From IMG/VR virus record IMGVR_UViG_3300033407_000005, positions 1 through 64,000 of that record: DNA of 64,000 nt; one strand, 5' to 3'. Under the pieces are notes generated by a model. It ran no database searches. It saw only the letters and a program-made list of their open reading frames with translations, and was not told the DNA's origin. A program made the translations under genes and the position numbers. This DNA comes from a virus. Its lineage: Duplodnaviria > Caudoviricetes. Positions 63,385 to 64,000 of this stretch are shown in pieces (the stretch's first letter is position 1; every line of letters starts with the position of its first letter).

Positions 63385-63632
63385 CAGGAGCGCCGTCTCG
63401 TAGGGCGCACCTCGATATTGCCGAGATGCATGACGACATCGGCGCCCTCGCTCTCGACGGCGATGCGCTGGCGCTGGAGGATGGCGTTATTGACGACGGC
63501 TGTTTTCGGGCGGTATCGTTCGGCCGCCCATGGCGTCAGAGTCTTCAGGCTCTCAGCCATCGTTGCGATAACTTCGCTAGAATCATTCCCTTCTTCCATT
63601 TCTTCCTCAATCCAGGCTAATATCAAGCGCAC
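63366..63632 (-). pseudogene. frameshifted partial duplicate of 62543..62794
   Basis: QRIAVESEG..MHLGNIEVR with 4-bp deletion. Confidence 0.55.
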
Positions 63633-64000
63633 CGGCGGCGAAACTCGGGGTAATCCCCTCGTTGATGATCCGCGACGCCGTGAGCGCGCCGAACAGGAAC
63701 AGATTGCCGGCGGCGGACGAATCGGAGCCCAGACCGAAATCCGTCACGGTCGAGCCGGTCGCGCCGCATTCCGGGAAGCCGATCGCGTTGTCGTTGTCGG
63801 CGGTGTTGCCGCTCACGGTCCACTGCGTCGTGTCGCGCGCCTCGTCCTGCCGCGCGTAGTTGGTATAGGCGCTCTCGGAGGTCGTCTGATCGCCGGTCTC
63901 GCCGGGCGATCCTGTGTGCAGCGATATCCAGAAGACTCCCGCGGAGGCCGAGGGCAACAGCCCGCCGGCATCGCCGACATTCGTCGCCGCGGCATTGGTG
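63607..64000 (-). CDS. conserved structural-module protein (5' end outside window)
   Basis: ISLHTGSPG..ESAYTNYARQ..TVTDFG..GNLFLFGAL..FAAGALDI. Confidence 0.75.
   Translation of the reverse strand, partial: TNAAATNVGDAGGLLPSASAGVFWISLHTGSPGETGDQTTSESAYTNYARQDEARDTTQWTVSGNTADNDNAIGFPECGATGSTVTDFGLGSDSSAAGNLFLFGALTASRIINEGITPSFAAGALDISLD

Overview
The window is most of a GC-rich temperate tailed (siphovirus-like) phage genome, probably infecting an Alphaproteobacterium. It is not cut at its att sites (tRNA-derived att cores lie mid-window), so it reads as the free or excised form. Layout: (1) 1-3.2 kb, a sigma70-driven array of small ORFs with repeated leaders plus CCCC..AATTT repeats; (2) 3.3-18.4 kb (-), early operon with Q-like gene, replication initiator with iterons, SSB, two DNA methyltransferases and many small ORFs; (3) cro/cI switch at 18.2-18.9 kb with TTCA-N7-TGAA operators; (4) 19-30.8 kb (+), accessory arm with ASCH, HU, Rrf2, DUF5131-like, radical SAM, a decayed integrase and an intact xis-int pair; (5) two att cores, tRNA-Thr(GGT) and tRNA-Val(CAC); (6) 33-64 kb (-), lysis and tail/neck genes with inserted extra genes. 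Head and terminase genes lie outside the window. The most notable signal is a set of transposase-less, single-cargo-gene cassettes with IS1595-family-type terminal inverted repeats and exact 8-bp target duplications: four complete units in two end families, plus solo ends. Three of the four sit at purine-rich, RBS-like sites, and their ends supply start or stop codons. All calls are by eye; no database searches were run.
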